Below are positions 19,510 through 29,850 of a stretch of 64,000 nucleotides of DNA, piece by piece. The DNA is from Nitrospinaceae bacterium (lineage in GTDB: Bacteria; Nitrospinota; Nitrospinia; Nitrospinales; Nitrospinaceae). Where the stretch lies: assembly GCA_965237905.1 (NCBI GenBank), contig OZ250172.1:896001-960000 (forward strand), given 5' to 3'. The position numbers and the translations under genes are program-made. A model generated the notes under the pieces. It worked only from the letters and a program-made list of their open reading frames with translations, did not search any database and had not been told where the DNA came from. Position 1 is the first letter of the stretch, and the number at the start of each line of letters is the position of its first letter.

Positions 19510-20844
19510 ATGGATAAAACTCTTACTAAAAAGAAAGCCGACGCAAAGGAATTAAAATCCAGAATTAAGTTTCTGGAAAGAGAAAACCAATGGTTCTTCT
19601 CAGCTATGGAAATGATCGCTTCGATGGGCGACATGCACCGGGATATCCCCCGGTCGACGAATCCAGACTTTATTTTCAGCATGGCACGCCGTTATCTGAA
19701 TCAACTGCTGGATTTAAAATCGCTGGCCTTTTTCCTGGTCCACGAAAAGGACAACAGCTTTTATCTGGCCAGCGGGGAGTCAGAAGAAGAAAACGGACGG
19801 TTTCAGGTGGAGTTGGATCATCAGGTTGAAAACGGCACTTTTGCCTGGGCGTTGAAACAAAATCGTCCCTTACTGGTGGAAAGTGAATTGTTCAAGGGAA
19901 AGCTGTTCCTGCATGTGATGGGAACGCGTTCCCGCATCAAGGGGATGGTCATGGGATGCCTGAATCGGAAGATCTCAAAGATTCCCCCGGAGATGGGTCA
20001 TCTGATTTCGATCATTCTACACAATACTGCCAACGCGCTTGAAAACGGCGGGCTGTACAAACTGCTGTCGGAACAAAACAAAAACCTGGAGGAAATCGTC
20101 CAGGCCCGCACGGTTGAGCTGGAAAATAAAGCCTTTGAACTGAAGAGGAATATCCAGGAGCTTAAAGACTTTACCTTCATCGCGTCACACGATTTACAGG
20201 AACCGCTTCGCAAAGTGCTCTGTTTCGGAGAACGCCTGCGGGTCAATTACGAGGAACTGTTGGACAGCCGCGCCAAGGAGTATATCGCGGTTATGGAAAA
20301 AGCCTCGCTACGCATGCAAAAGCTGATCGACGGCCTGCTTCAACTTTCACGGGTCACCACCAAGGGCACCCATTTCGAAACCACCAACCTCGAAAAAGTA
20401 GTCGGAGAAGTCTTGACCGATCTGGAAAGCAAAATCGTCAGATCTCATGCGCAAATTATTGTGGGGGACCTCCCGAACGTGGTCGCCGACGAAATTCAAA
20501 TGCGGCAATTGTTCTCCTATCTGACCAGTAATGCAGTGAAGTTTCACAAAAAAGACGTGATTCCGGAAATCTCCATCGCCAGTCATGATCTGGGTAACGG
20601 GTATTGGGAATTCCTGGTAACTGACAATGGCATCGGAATTGACGAAAAGTACCAAGAGCGCATCTTCAAACCCTTTGAGCGCCTTCATGGACGGAACGAA
20701 CGCGGGGGTATTGGGATGGGATTAGCCCTATGTCAAAAAATAGTGACGCGTCACGGTGGAACCATCTCCGTCAAAAGCAAGCCCGACAAAGGCGCCACCT
20801 TTATCATCACTCTCCCGGAAAAGGGACCCGAAATGGTTTACTGA
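19510..20844 (+). CDS. Cytoplasmic sensor histidine kinase (GAF-like + HisKA + HATPase)
   Basis: ASHDLQEPLRKV H-box; DNGIGI; IFKPFERL; GIGMGLA; no TM segment. Confidence 0.93.
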   Translation: MDKTLTKKKADAKELKSRIKFLERENQWFFSAMEMIASMGDMHRDIPRSTNPDFIFSMARRYLNQLLDLKSLAFFLVHEKDNSFYLASGESEEENGRFQVELDHQVENGTFAWALKQNRPLLVESELFKGKLFLHVMGTRSRIKGMVMGCLNRKISKIPPEMGHLISIILHNTANALENGGLYKLLSEQNKNLEEIVQARTVELENKAFELKRNIQELKDFTFIASHDLQEPLRKVLCFGERLRVNYEELLDSRAKEYIAVMEKASLRMQKLIDGLLQLSRVTTKGTHFETTNLEKVVGEVLTDLESKIVRSHAQIIVGDLPNVVADEIQMRQLFSYLTSNAVKFHKKDVIPEISIASHDLGNGYWEFLVTDNGIGIDEKYQERIFKPFERLHGRNERGGIGMGLALCQKIVTRHGGTISVKSKPDKGATFIITLPEKGPEMVY

Positions 20845-21006
20845 GCAAAGCCTTTCGGCATTACCCTTCGAATTTCACACAAACCAACGCCTGTACTTTA
20901 TTCTTTGCGGGACAAATCCTTTCAAAAACGGTAATATAAAATTATTCGCTTGGCTTCATGTCAATGAAGCTCCTGTGAGAACCCCCCATCCGGAGAATTA
21001 AGAACC

Positions 21007-21357
21007 ATGCGTGTTCAACTGATTGAAACGATAGGATCGGAATGTATTTCACTCGATCAGGGGGAAAAGGTGTATCACCTGCTTCTGGGGGAGTTGAAAG
21101 AGAAGAAAAGCGTAGAGGTGGATTTCCAGGGAGTTCAAACCCTGTTCTCGCCTTTTTTAATGGGATGTTTGGGGAAACTGCTGGGGCATTTCGAGAAAGA
21201 AATGCTGATGCAGAGGTTAGAGTTCTGCAACATTTCTCCCGACCATTTGAAAACAGTCAACGAGTTTATCGACCGAGCAGAAGCGCGGTCCACTGAGCAG
21301 GGAGACTTGCAAACGATGAAGGAGCTCTTCGAGGAAGATGAACTGGGAGACTTTTAA
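21007..21357 (+). CDS. STAS-like (DUF4325-like) protein
   Basis: SLDQGEKVY...VEVDFQGVQTLFSPFL..C.GKL pattern. Confidence 0.7.
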   Translation: MRVQLIETIGSECISLDQGEKVYHLLLGELKEKKSVEVDFQGVQTLFSPFLMGCLGKLLGHFEKEMLMQRLEFCNISPDHLKTVNEFIDRAEARSTEQGDLQTMKELFEEDELGDF

Positions 21358-21408
21358 GAAAACCTACCTGTTCCAGCCGACAAAATCCGGCGTTTAGCCC
21401 CGGCTCCT

Positions 21409-21600
21409 TTAAAGACCTTCCTGACGCAAACGGGTCAGAAAATCTTCAATCTCCGTAGCACTGGGTTCCAGCTTGTAAGGGACGTTCCCCTCCTCCTGGC
21501 CGCCAAAACCCTCTTCCGAGAAACCGGTGTAATAATCGGCTCCCATCTCTCGGTTATGCTTGAATTCTCTAATATCTTTTTCCTGTGAACGGCCTGCCAT
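21409..21600 (-). CDS. Small acidic hypothetical protein
   Basis: MAGRSQEK... preceded by GGAAGGGA. Confidence 0.55.
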   Translation of the reverse strand: MAGRSQEKDIREFKHNREMGADYYTGFSEEGFGGQEEGNVPYKLEPSATEIEDFLTRLRQEGL

Positions 21601-22068
21601 AGCAATCCCTTCCATTCAGGTTGAACCAAAATCGTATGCCTTGCATTAGGAATACCCTCCTAAAGGGGCCTACGATCAGGGTAAATTTTAATTCATCCTT
21701 AAAAATAGGGCAAGCCCCTTTTAAGAGCACGACATAACTCTTTTAAAAATAAATACTTACACAAAAGAATGGCATTTAGTGACTACCTTTAGGAGATGCA
21801 GGTTGGTACAAAAACTTGAATTTGGAAATGATTGGAACCTGTGGACAAGGGGAGGTGGCGTGGAATTTTAACAGGAAAAATACACGTCGAAGCAATTGAT
21901 AAATATAAGGCGATTCTGTTTCTCCCGGTATCGAGTGGAATGAATGTAACCCTTATGACAATAAGACCAATTACCTTAAATAGGGGGATCATCAGAGCGC
22001 TGGACTTTCTTCCGGGAAACATAGTATTTTGGTCAGGAAATATTTACCTGCCTCTGGTGTTTGCTGAT

Positions 22069-22221
22069 ATGGCCCAACATGAAAATGAAGACGAGCTTTC
22101 TGAAGAAAAGCGAAAAAAGGAAGGCTATTCTATTATCGTGGCCCTGATCGCGGTGGTAATCATAGGTATTTCCTTTGTCTGGCATTTGTGGTCGGCTCTG
22201 TTTCCCACTCCATCTCCCTGA
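22069..22221 (+). CDS. Small single-TM protein (50 aa)
   Basis: MAQHENEDELSEEKRKKEGYSIIVALIAVVIIGISFVWHLWSALF; weak RBS. Confidence 0.5.
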   Translation: MAQHENEDELSEEKRKKEGYSIIVALIAVVIIGISFVWHLWSALFPTPSP

Positions 22222-22315
22222 TCAGGCCAGAACCCCGCCTGCCCGTCAACCAGGCAATGAATCCAACGATCAAAAAACCGGCAAACGCAACGAAACGATA
22301 CAGTCCATCATCCAT
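22160..22315 (-). pseudogene. Possible truncated remnant of a membrane transporter N-terminus
   Basis: ATG 10 nt after the upstream stop. Reads MDDGLYRFVAFAGFLIVGFIAWLTGRR, then runs into the antisense of the + ORF. Confidence 0.35.
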
Positions 22316-22325
22316 AGATTATTTC

Positions 22326-23222
22326 TCAGATTTTTCGTTCGGTGTCCAACAACGCTCTTAAACCCGCTTTGTAATCAGGATACCGGAGCTCAATACCCAG
22401 TTCCTCTTTGATCTTATGATTCCGCACTTTCTTATTGGTCAAATAAAAACCGCGGCCCATTTTCGAAAGTTCCGCATCCTCTAATGCAATCACCGGTGGT
22501 ACTTCAACGTGCAACAGTTCACAGGCAAACGCCACCGCTTCGGCGGGAGAAGACGGCACATCATCGCTGACATTGTAAATGGCTCCCGGGTGTGGATGAT
22601 CCATCGAAGCGTTCAGCACCTGAACCACATCCTCCACGTGAATGCGATTGAACACCAAGCCGGGTTGATCGATTCGCCTGGCGGATCCCTGCCGGACCCG
22701 GTGCAGAAGATTGCGTCCCGGACCATAAATCCCGGCCAAGCGAAAAATATGAACCGGAACCTGATGTTCCCGATAGAGGTCGCGCCACTGCCCTTCCGCT
22801 TCCACTCGTCTTTGTTGGTGATCAAATCCCGGCTTCAATTCGGAGGTTTCGTCCACCCAGTCCCCATCACGGTTGCCGTACACCCCCGTGGTCGACAGAT
22901 ATCCAAGCCATTGTAGTTGCGAGCCGCCGATCAGGATTTTTTTAAACTGTTTGAGAACCACATCCCCGGCATCTTTTTGCGGAGGGATGGTTACCAGCAC
23001 ATGACTGGCCTCGCGCACGGCGCTTTCCACAGCCTTGGAACCTTCTTCACCGTCGAAGGAATACGAGTGAACTTCCTCTTCAGCCCAAAAATCTTTTTGA
23101 GCATTTTCGCGGCAGGTTCCCGACGCCGTCCAGCCCCTGGCTCGGACCTCCCGTACCAGCGCCGAACCGGTAAACCCCAAACCAAAACAAAACAGTTTTT
23201 TTTGTTGAGATGTATCGCTCAT
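22326..23222 (-). CDS. Atypical SDR / NAD-dependent epimerase family protein
   Basis: FGLGFTG, YLSTTGVYG, FRLAGIYGPGR, RIHVED. Confidence 0.9.
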   Translation of the reverse strand: MSDTSQQKKLFCFGLGFTGSALVREVRARGWTASGTCRENAQKDFWAEEEVHSYSFDGEEGSKAVESAVREASHVLVTIPPQKDAGDVVLKQFKKILIGGSQLQWLGYLSTTGVYGNRDGDWVDETSELKPGFDHQQRRVEAEGQWRDLYREHQVPVHIFRLAGIYGPGRNLLHRVRQGSARRIDQPGLVFNRIHVEDVVQVLNASMDHPHPGAIYNVSDDVPSSPAEAVAFACELLHVEVPPVIALEDAELSKMGRGFYLTNKKVRNHKIKEELGIELRYPDYKAGLRALLDTERKI

Positions 23223-23363
23223 GAATTTCCGCTCATTCCATCACCCTGTAAAATAAAAAACTTCTTCGCGGCGGGGAAAAACGTTCAATATTTATCCCAC
23301 ATACCCGACGAACATACCTTATACTATTGAAAAGGAAATATTTCCAGCAACCTCTCATCCAAT

Positions 23364-24305
23364 ATGAATATTCTGGTTACCGGCGGAGCCGGCTTCATCG
23401 GCTCACACATTGTCGATGCTTACATTCGGGAAGACCGCCGCGTCGTGGTTCTGGACAACCTGTCGACCGGGAAGCGGGAGCAGGTGCACCCGGACGCGGC
23501 GTTTTATGCCCTGGACCTGATGGACCCCGAAGTAAAAGATATTTTCAAGCGGGAGAAAATCGAAGTCATCAACCATCACGCCGCACAAATCTCTGTCACT
23601 CAATCCGTCACCGACCCGGCATTTGACGCCGAGGTCAATATCGTCGGCAGTTTAAAACTATTACAACTCGCCGTCGCTCATCAGGTACGCAAATTCATTT
23701 TTGCTTCGACGGGGGGCGCCCTTTATGGAGAGCAGGATTATTATCCGGCGAATGAGGAGCATCCCACACAACCGATGAGTCCCTATGGCATCGCCAAATT
23801 AACCGTGGAGCGATACCTGAACTATTATCGGGAAAATTTCAATCTCCAGCCCACGATTCTGCGCTACAGCAATGCGTACGGACCGCGACAGGACCCGCAT
23901 GGGGAAGCCGGCGTGGTCGCTATTTTCTGCAAGCAACTGCTGAAGGATCAACACCCAGTCATCTTCGGAGATGGTGAGCAGACGCGGGATTTCGTTTCGG
24001 TTTTCGATGTGGTGAGCGCCAACTTGAAAGCGTTATCAAAAAACTGTAAGGGAACCTACAACGTCGGGACCGGAAAGGAAACATCGGTCAATACCATCGC
24101 CGCAAGCCTCATCAAAGCCTCGGGCAAAGCCCTCTCCCCCCAACTCGACCCGCCTCGCATGGGAGAACAGCGCCGAAGTTCCATCGATTACGGAAAATTC
24201 AACAAGGATCACGGATGGCAACCGGTCCAGCCTTTGGATGAAGGCCTGAAAGATACGTTCGACTTCTTCGCCCACCCCAGCCGGGTAGAATCAAACTCTG
24301 GGTAA
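23364..24305 (+). CDS. UDP-glucose 4-epimerase-like extended SDR
   Basis: TGGAGFIGSH, ASTGGALYG, YGIAK, YGPRQDPHGEAGVV. Confidence 0.92.
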   Translation: MNILVTGGAGFIGSHIVDAYIREDRRVVVLDNLSTGKREQVHPDAAFYALDLMDPEVKDIFKREKIEVINHHAAQISVTQSVTDPAFDAEVNIVGSLKLLQLAVAHQVRKFIFASTGGALYGEQDYYPANEEHPTQPMSPYGIAKLTVERYLNYYRENFNLQPTILRYSNAYGPRQDPHGEAGVVAIFCKQLLKDQHPVIFGDGEQTRDFVSVFDVVSANLKALSKNCKGTYNVGTGKETSVNTIAASLIKASGKALSPQLDPPRMGEQRRSSIDYGKFNKDHGWQPVQPLDEGLKDTFDFFAHPSRVESNSG

Positions 24306-24463
24306 CTTCCAAATACATATCCTATTGCATAATAAGGATGTAGAGCATCCAATCCTATCCGTTCCGATAAAGTGGATAACTTGATCTTTTGCCTTGATAT
24401 TCTGTCAAAAAGACACCATTTTAAGACCATAACGATCCGCTTTCATTAATAAAGGAACTTTTC

Positions 24464-26656
24464 ATGTCATCCAGGATTCCGGCAAAGATCGCGGGATGGG
24501 ATTCCATCCTGTTTTCGATGAAGCAGGCGTTCAAGGTAGGGCCTTGGGCGATGTTGAAATCCCTGCTGTCCAAAAACAGTTGCAAAAGTTGCGCGCTGGG
24601 CATGGGTGGGCAAAAAGGCGGCATGCGCGATGAAAAAGGCCTTTTTCCTTCGGTCTGCAAAAAAGCCATTTGGGCGCAGGCGTCCGACCTGCAACCCGCC
24701 ATTCCGGCAGATTTTTTTCAACGCCATTCCATCGCAGAGCTCAAAACCCGTACACCGCTGGAGCTCGAATACAGCGGACGCCTGACCACCCCGGTTCTGT
24801 GTGAGCCCGATGCTTCGCATTATCGGCCCGTCTCCTGGGAGGAAGCACTGGACCGGGTGGTGGACCAATTAAAAACCACCTCCGCGGACCGCTCCTTCTT
24901 TTACGCCAGCGGGCGGGCGTCCAACGAAGCGGGATTTATTTTACAATTATTCGCGCGCGTGTTCGGCACCAACAACGTCAACAACTGTTCCTATTACTGC
25001 CACCAGGCGTCGGGGGTCGGCTTATCACAAAGCCTCGGAACCGGCACCGCGACCATCCAGTTGGAAGATCTCGATCATACGGACCTCATCTTTTTAATAG
25101 GGGCCAATCCGTCGTCCAACCATCCACGTTTTATGCGTACTCTGATGGATATCCGCAGGCGCGGCGGCAAAGTCGTAGTTATTAATCCCGCGCGCGAACG
25201 GGGTCTGGAAAAATTTTACGTGCCCTCGGATGCCCGGAGCCTCTTTTTCGGTTCCGAAATCGCCAGCACCTACGTCCAGCCGAACATCAACGGCGACCTG
25301 CCGCTCTGCACCGGCATCGCCAAGGCGTTGCTTCAGATGGCAGACAGCCAACCGGCCATCCTGGATCGTATATTTATTGATGAACACACGGATCACTTTG
25401 AAGAATATCAGCAATATGTAGAAAACGCTTCGTGGGAAGAACTCGAAGTGTTGTCGGGCGTTCCCCGACCGCAAATGGAACAACTGGCGCAACAATACGC
25501 AAAGGCGAAGAACGTGGTATTCGCCTGGGCGATGGGCATCACCCATCATGCCAACGGGGTGGAAGGCGTGCAAGCCATCGTCAATCTGGCGCTTCTGCGC
25601 GGCATGGTCGGGCGCGAACACGCAGGATTACTTCCCCTGCGCGGACACAGCAACGTGCAGGGCATCGGCACCATCGGCTTCACCCCGCAGTTGAAACAGG
25701 AGTTCATGGACAACCTGGAATCGGCCTACGGCATTCACTTGCCGACAGGTGAGGGAATGGACACCCTGGCCTGCATGGAAACGGCGCATGCCGGTGGATT
25801 CGATTTCGCCTGGAACCTGGGCGGCAATCTGTACGGGTCCAATCCCGACTCCCGTTTTGCCGAGGAAGCGATGTCGAAGATCGGTTGCGTTCTCTATATG
25901 AACACGACACTGAACCCGAGCCATTTCCAGGGGCGTGGAAAGACGACGCTCATTCTTCCCGTGCTGGCACGCGACGAGGAACCGGAACCGACCACGCAGG
26001 AAAGCATGTTCAGTTACGTGCGGATGAGCAACGGCGGTCCGTCACGGTATCCCGGACTGAAGAGTGAAGTGGAAGTGATCGCGGAAATCGCCGGGCGGGC
26101 ACTACCGAACAGCCCCATCCCCTGGAAGGAATTTCAGCACACATCGAACATCCGGCAGGTGATCGGATCGGTCGTCAAGGGGATGAAACAATTGCAGGAG
26201 ATTGACCGTACGCATAAGGAATTTCATATTGAAGGCCGCACCCTGCATCGGGCCCAGTTTCCCTCCGCCAATGGCAGAGCAACGTTCAAGGTACCACAAG
26301 CGCAGGTCGCTCCCCTGAAGGCAAATCATTTCCGATTGATGACGGTGCGATCAGAAGGACAGTTCAATACCGTAGTCTATGAGACAGAGGATAAATTTCG
26401 TGGCGTGGATTCCCGCGACGTGGTGCTGATGAATCCGGAGGATATGGAACAAAAAGGATGGCAGGAAAACGATACCGTCACCGTCCACAACCCGACCGGG
26501 TCATTGCCGAGGCAGAAACTGGTCCCCTATCCCATCACACCCGGCAACATCATGATGTACTTTCCCGAAGCCAACGTGCTGGTGCCGCGCGCTGCCGATC
26601 CTCAATCCCGAACCCCTTCCTTTAAATCTATCGAAGTGTCACTGGAAAAAGAGTAG
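24464..26656 (+). CDS. FdhF/YdeP-family molybdopterin oxidoreductase
   Basis: CKSCALGMG, YASGRASNEA, NNCSYYCHQASG, PLRGHSNVQG, TVRSEGQFNT. Confidence 0.93.
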   Translation: MSSRIPAKIAGWDSILFSMKQAFKVGPWAMLKSLLSKNSCKSCALGMGGQKGGMRDEKGLFPSVCKKAIWAQASDLQPAIPADFFQRHSIAELKTRTPLELEYSGRLTTPVLCEPDASHYRPVSWEEALDRVVDQLKTTSADRSFFYASGRASNEAGFILQLFARVFGTNNVNNCSYYCHQASGVGLSQSLGTGTATIQLEDLDHTDLIFLIGANPSSNHPRFMRTLMDIRRRGGKVVVINPARERGLEKFYVPSDARSLFFGSEIASTYVQPNINGDLPLCTGIAKALLQMADSQPAILDRIFIDEHTDHFEEYQQYVENASWEELEVLSGVPRPQMEQLAQQYAKAKNVVFAWAMGITHHANGVEGVQAIVNLALLRGMVGREHAGLLPLRGHSNVQGIGTIGFTPQLKQEFMDNLESAYGIHLPTGEGMDTLACMETAHAGGFDFAWNLGGNLYGSNPDSRFAEEAMSKIGCVLYMNTTLNPSHFQGRGKTTLILPVLARDEEPEPTTQESMFSYVRMSNGGPSRYPGLKSEVEVIAEIAGRALPNSPIPWKEFQHTSNIRQVIGSVVKGMKQLQEIDRTHKEFHIEGRTLHRAQFPSANGRATFKVPQAQVAPLKANHFRLMTVRSEGQFNTVVYETEDKFRGVDSRDVVLMNPEDMEQKGWQENDTVTVHNPTGSLPRQKLVPYPITPGNIMMYFPEANVLVPRAADPQSRTPSFKSIEVSLEKE

Positions 26657-26769
26657 GAAGTGTTTGCGGATAACGGCAATTCCCCAATTTACCCCTTGAA
26701 AAACAGCAGGATTTAACTGATCCTCTTAAAGATGCCAATCTTTGAATTTCCAACCCTTTTCCCAAAATT

Positions 26770-27681
26770 ATGAGTTCAGGCTCCGGTTCCACAAAAGTGA
26801 TTCTCATTGCGATGATGGCGAATCTCTGTATCGCACTGGCTAAATTCTTCGGCGCCTACTTCTCTAAAAGTTCCGCGTTGCTGGCGGAAGCCATTCACAG
26901 CGTGGTGGACACCACCAATCAGGTGCTTCTCCTGCTCGGGGAAAAATCTTCCAAAAAACCGCCGGACGATGCGCATCCTCTGGGATACGGCCGCGAAACT
27001 TTTTTCTGGTCGTTTGTCGTGAGCATCCTGTTATTCTCGCTGGGTGGACTGTTCGCCATTTACGAAGGAGTCCACAAACTGGCCGATCCGGAACCCATGC
27101 ATAACCCGATGCTGGCCCTCGGCATTTTGGGGTTCAGCACCCTGCTGGAGGGCTATTCCTTTTTTGCCTGCCTGAAAGAGATACGCCAGACGAATCCGTT
27201 CCATAACTTATGGACCTGGTTCCGTAAAACCACCTCCGCCGGTCTGCTGGTTATTTTTACCGAGGACGCGGGCGCTCTGGTAGGCCTGATGATCGCTACT
27301 GCTTGCGTTTCTCTTTCATGGGCGCTGGGTGATCCCGCATTCGATGCCTACGGCTCCATTTTGATCGGGTGTCTGTTGGTCGGGCTGGCGATCCTGTTGG
27401 GGCGCGAAATCAAATCGCTGATCATCGGCGAAGCGCCCAGTAAAAATTACCGCCCCCACATCGAGTCCCTGGTACGCGGTCACATCCCCAACAGCCGGGT
27501 CCTGCGGTTTCTGGCCCTGCAAACCGGTGACGGTGAAGTGCTGATCAGTTTCAAGATGACACCCGGAAGCATCCAGGATGTCAGCCAACTCATTAAAACC
27601 ATCAATCAGATCGAAGACCAGATCCGAAAACAGTTCCCCGAAATCAAATGGCAATTTGTGGAACCGGATTTCCAGGAATAA
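26770..27681 (+). CDS. Cation diffusion facilitator transporter
   Basis: SALLAEAIHSVVD, HPLGYGRE, EDAGAL. Confidence 0.92.
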   Translation: MSSGSGSTKVILIAMMANLCIALAKFFGAYFSKSSALLAEAIHSVVDTTNQVLLLLGEKSSKKPPDDAHPLGYGRETFFWSFVVSILLFSLGGLFAIYEGVHKLADPEPMHNPMLALGILGFSTLLEGYSFFACLKEIRQTNPFHNLWTWFRKTTSAGLLVIFTEDAGALVGLMIATACVSLSWALGDPAFDAYGSILIGCLLVGLAILLGREIKSLIIGEAPSKNYRPHIESLVRGHIPNSRVLRFLALQTGDGEVLISFKMTPGSIQDVSQLIKTINQIEDQIRKQFPEIKWQFVEPDFQE

Positions 27682-27729
27682 TTCCCAATAAATATTTCTA
27701 TATCATGCAAGGCGCTTAATGCTGGCGGA

Positions 27730-28950
27730 TCAGAAATGGTACTGCAGGACTACCTGCAACAGGTCGTCGTCACGAAGAGCGAACAGGAAGTCGGTCGAGG
27801 GTTGATCGAAAAACGTCCTGACCTCAAGCTCCAGAGTCCAATCATCGCCCAGGCGGCGACTGGCTTCGAGGAATATGAAACGGGCGTCGGTGTCGATATC
27901 CTGCACCCAGCCGAACAGCAACTCACTGCTGGCGGCATCATTCACCGCTAACCGCAGAGCTCCCGCCACATCATTTTCGAATGGCGTCAGGGCAAAATCC
28001 TTGCGGTCGTCAAACAAATATTCCGCGACAATCCCCAAATCCATCCGGCTACCCAAAATTCCGGTGAAGCTGTATTCGAGCCCGCCGGTGGCGGCGACAT
28101 AATCGTTGCGCATCAATCCCAGCCGATCACCCTGGCCTTTGCGGTACAGAGCTTCCAGTTTCCATAGCCAGTTGCCTGCCACGTACGACACATCCAGTCC
28201 GGTTTGTTGGATTTGCTGATACACGGGTAGGATCACCGGATTACCCGCGCCGTCGGTTCCCGGAATAAAAGAAGGATCGCGGCTGGTGCCGATGAAATAA
28301 TAGATGCCGACATCCCAATCGCCCAAGGTGTGGCTGTAGCGTGCGGCCCAATCCGTGTGCCATTCCTCAGCGGCGCTTTCGTATTGGGCCTGATCGGTGT
28401 CCACCACAAGGTTGAAACGCAGACGGCCCTTGTTTCCGGGAAACGTGCGCTCCCGAAAAAAAGGGAGGACGAACAGATCGAGCGTTCCCCAATCGCGGGA
28501 AATGGAAAGGTTCGCCATGGGCTGGCCCAGTTTTTGTTCGCCGTCGAAATTTTCCACCAGATCGGTCTGGTTGATGATGTCGACCAGATGCAGAACTTCG
28601 GTCACTCCCCAAAACACCTTGCGCACGCCGAGGCGTAATTCAAAGTCATCGTGCAACCAGAGGTAGGTGAACTCCCGCACATCGAAGTGGGTACGGTCGG
28701 AGTCGGCGCTGTCCAAACGAAAAAACGGAACAAAGGTGAAACTGCTCCCGTTTTCGAACTCGTGATAGTACTCCGGTTTGATGGCAAAAGACGCTGACTG
28801 GTCGCGTTGACCGAAAAAGTTGGGGTTCTCCGGGTACAACCGGACTTCACCCTCCACATTCCCGGACAATTCATGGCCGGACGCGGCGCGTTCCCCCATC
28901 AGAACCAGGAGAACGGCCAACGCACAACAAGACGAAAGAAATCTATTCAT
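27730..28950 (-). CDS. Outer-membrane beta-barrel protein of the MMPL/LolA-like module
   Basis: Signal peptide; amphipathic strands; C-terminal aromatic QYHF; FWGVTE..HLVDIINQTD. Confidence 0.75.
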   Translation of the reverse strand: MNRFLSSCCALAVLLVLMGERAASGHELSGNVEGEVRLYPENPNFFGQRDQSASFAIKPEYYHEFENGSSFTFVPFFRLDSADSDRTHFDVREFTYLWLHDDFELRLGVRKVFWGVTEVLHLVDIINQTDLVENFDGEQKLGQPMANLSISRDWGTLDLFVLPFFRERTFPGNKGRLRFNLVVDTDQAQYESAAEEWHTDWAARYSHTLGDWDVGIYYFIGTSRDPSFIPGTDGAGNPVILPVYQQIQQTGLDVSYVAGNWLWKLEALYRKGQGDRLGLMRNDYVAATGGLEYSFTGILGSRMDLGIVAEYLFDDRKDFALTPFENDVAGALRLAVNDAASSELLFGWVQDIDTDARFIFLEASRRLGDDWTLELEVRTFFDQPSTDFLFALRDDDLLQVVLQYHF

Positions 28951-29034
28951 AAGAGGTGATTGATTGTCAATTGATCGGTTCTCATTTTATATTCCGGAGT
29001 ATTTTGCCATAATTACTTCCATCTGTATGCCCTT

Positions 29035-29793
29035 TTAGGGATTTGTAACCGGAAGGAAGGTTGACAACTGTGCCTCTAGTGCTTTGGGATCGGTAAAGTA
29101 ATCCTTACGAAACTGAACAGCCATCGGATCGATAAAGATATCTTCCTCACCTTGTTCAATCGCCTTCAAAGTTCCTTCGGCGATACTATCGGGCGAGCTT
29201 TTTTCCATATCAAAATCCTTCGCCATATCGGTTTCTATAGGTCCCGGGAACACTCCGAACACCAGAGTCCCCTGCGCGGCCAACTCCGCCCGTATGCCCT
29301 GGGTCAAGGAGTGTAAAGCCGCTTTGGAAGCGGAGTAGGACCCCAGCACCGGGAAATTCCCCAGGCTGGCGACGGACAAAATATTGACCAACGCTCCGCC
29401 GCCATTCTTTTTCAAAACTGGAGCAAACGCCCGGGTGACCCTCAAGGTTCCAAAATAATTGACTTCCATTTCCTGCCGGGCGGCGTCTAAATTGTCAGCG
29501 GAGATCAATCCCGCGAAACTGGCGATGCCGGCGTTGTTGATCAGCAGATTGATGTCTCCCACCTTCGTCGCCGCGGATCGAATATGTCCTTCATTCGTGA
29601 TATCGATCGCTACCGGTTCCACTTTCCCCCGGTGCTGTTCCGGCCATTCGGAGGCGATTTTGTCAAACGCCCCAATATCGCGCATGCCGGCATAAACTTT
29701 TTTTGCGCCGTGGTTCAGTAAAGCTTTGACATAGGACTTGCCGATTCCTCGATTGGAGCCGGTGACCAATACAACAGAGTCTTTGATTTTCAT
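29035..29793 (-). CDS. Classical SDR oxidoreductase
   Basis: TGSNRGIG, NNAG, YSASK. Confidence 0.93.
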   Translation of the reverse strand: MKIKDSVVLVTGSNRGIGKSYVKALLNHGAKKVYAGMRDIGAFDKIASEWPEQHRGKVEPVAIDITNEGHIRSAATKVGDINLLINNAGIASFAGLISADNLDAARQEMEVNYFGTLRVTRAFAPVLKKNGGGALVNILSVASLGNFPVLGSYSASKAALHSLTQGIRAELAAQGTLVFGVFPGPIETDMAKDFDMEKSSPDSIAEGTLKAIEQGEEDIFIDPMAVQFRKDYFTDPKALEAQLSTFLPVTNP

Positions 29794-29850
29794 GATGGGT
29801 TTCCTTTCGTTTATTATATATTTATCTTATTTACCTGAGGAGGCGCTCCG

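Noticed and set aside
24464..26656. True formate dehydrogenase or nitrite oxidoreductase subunit
   Set aside because: Motifs fit the YdeP-like group; no Tat signal, selenocysteine or partner subunits seen.
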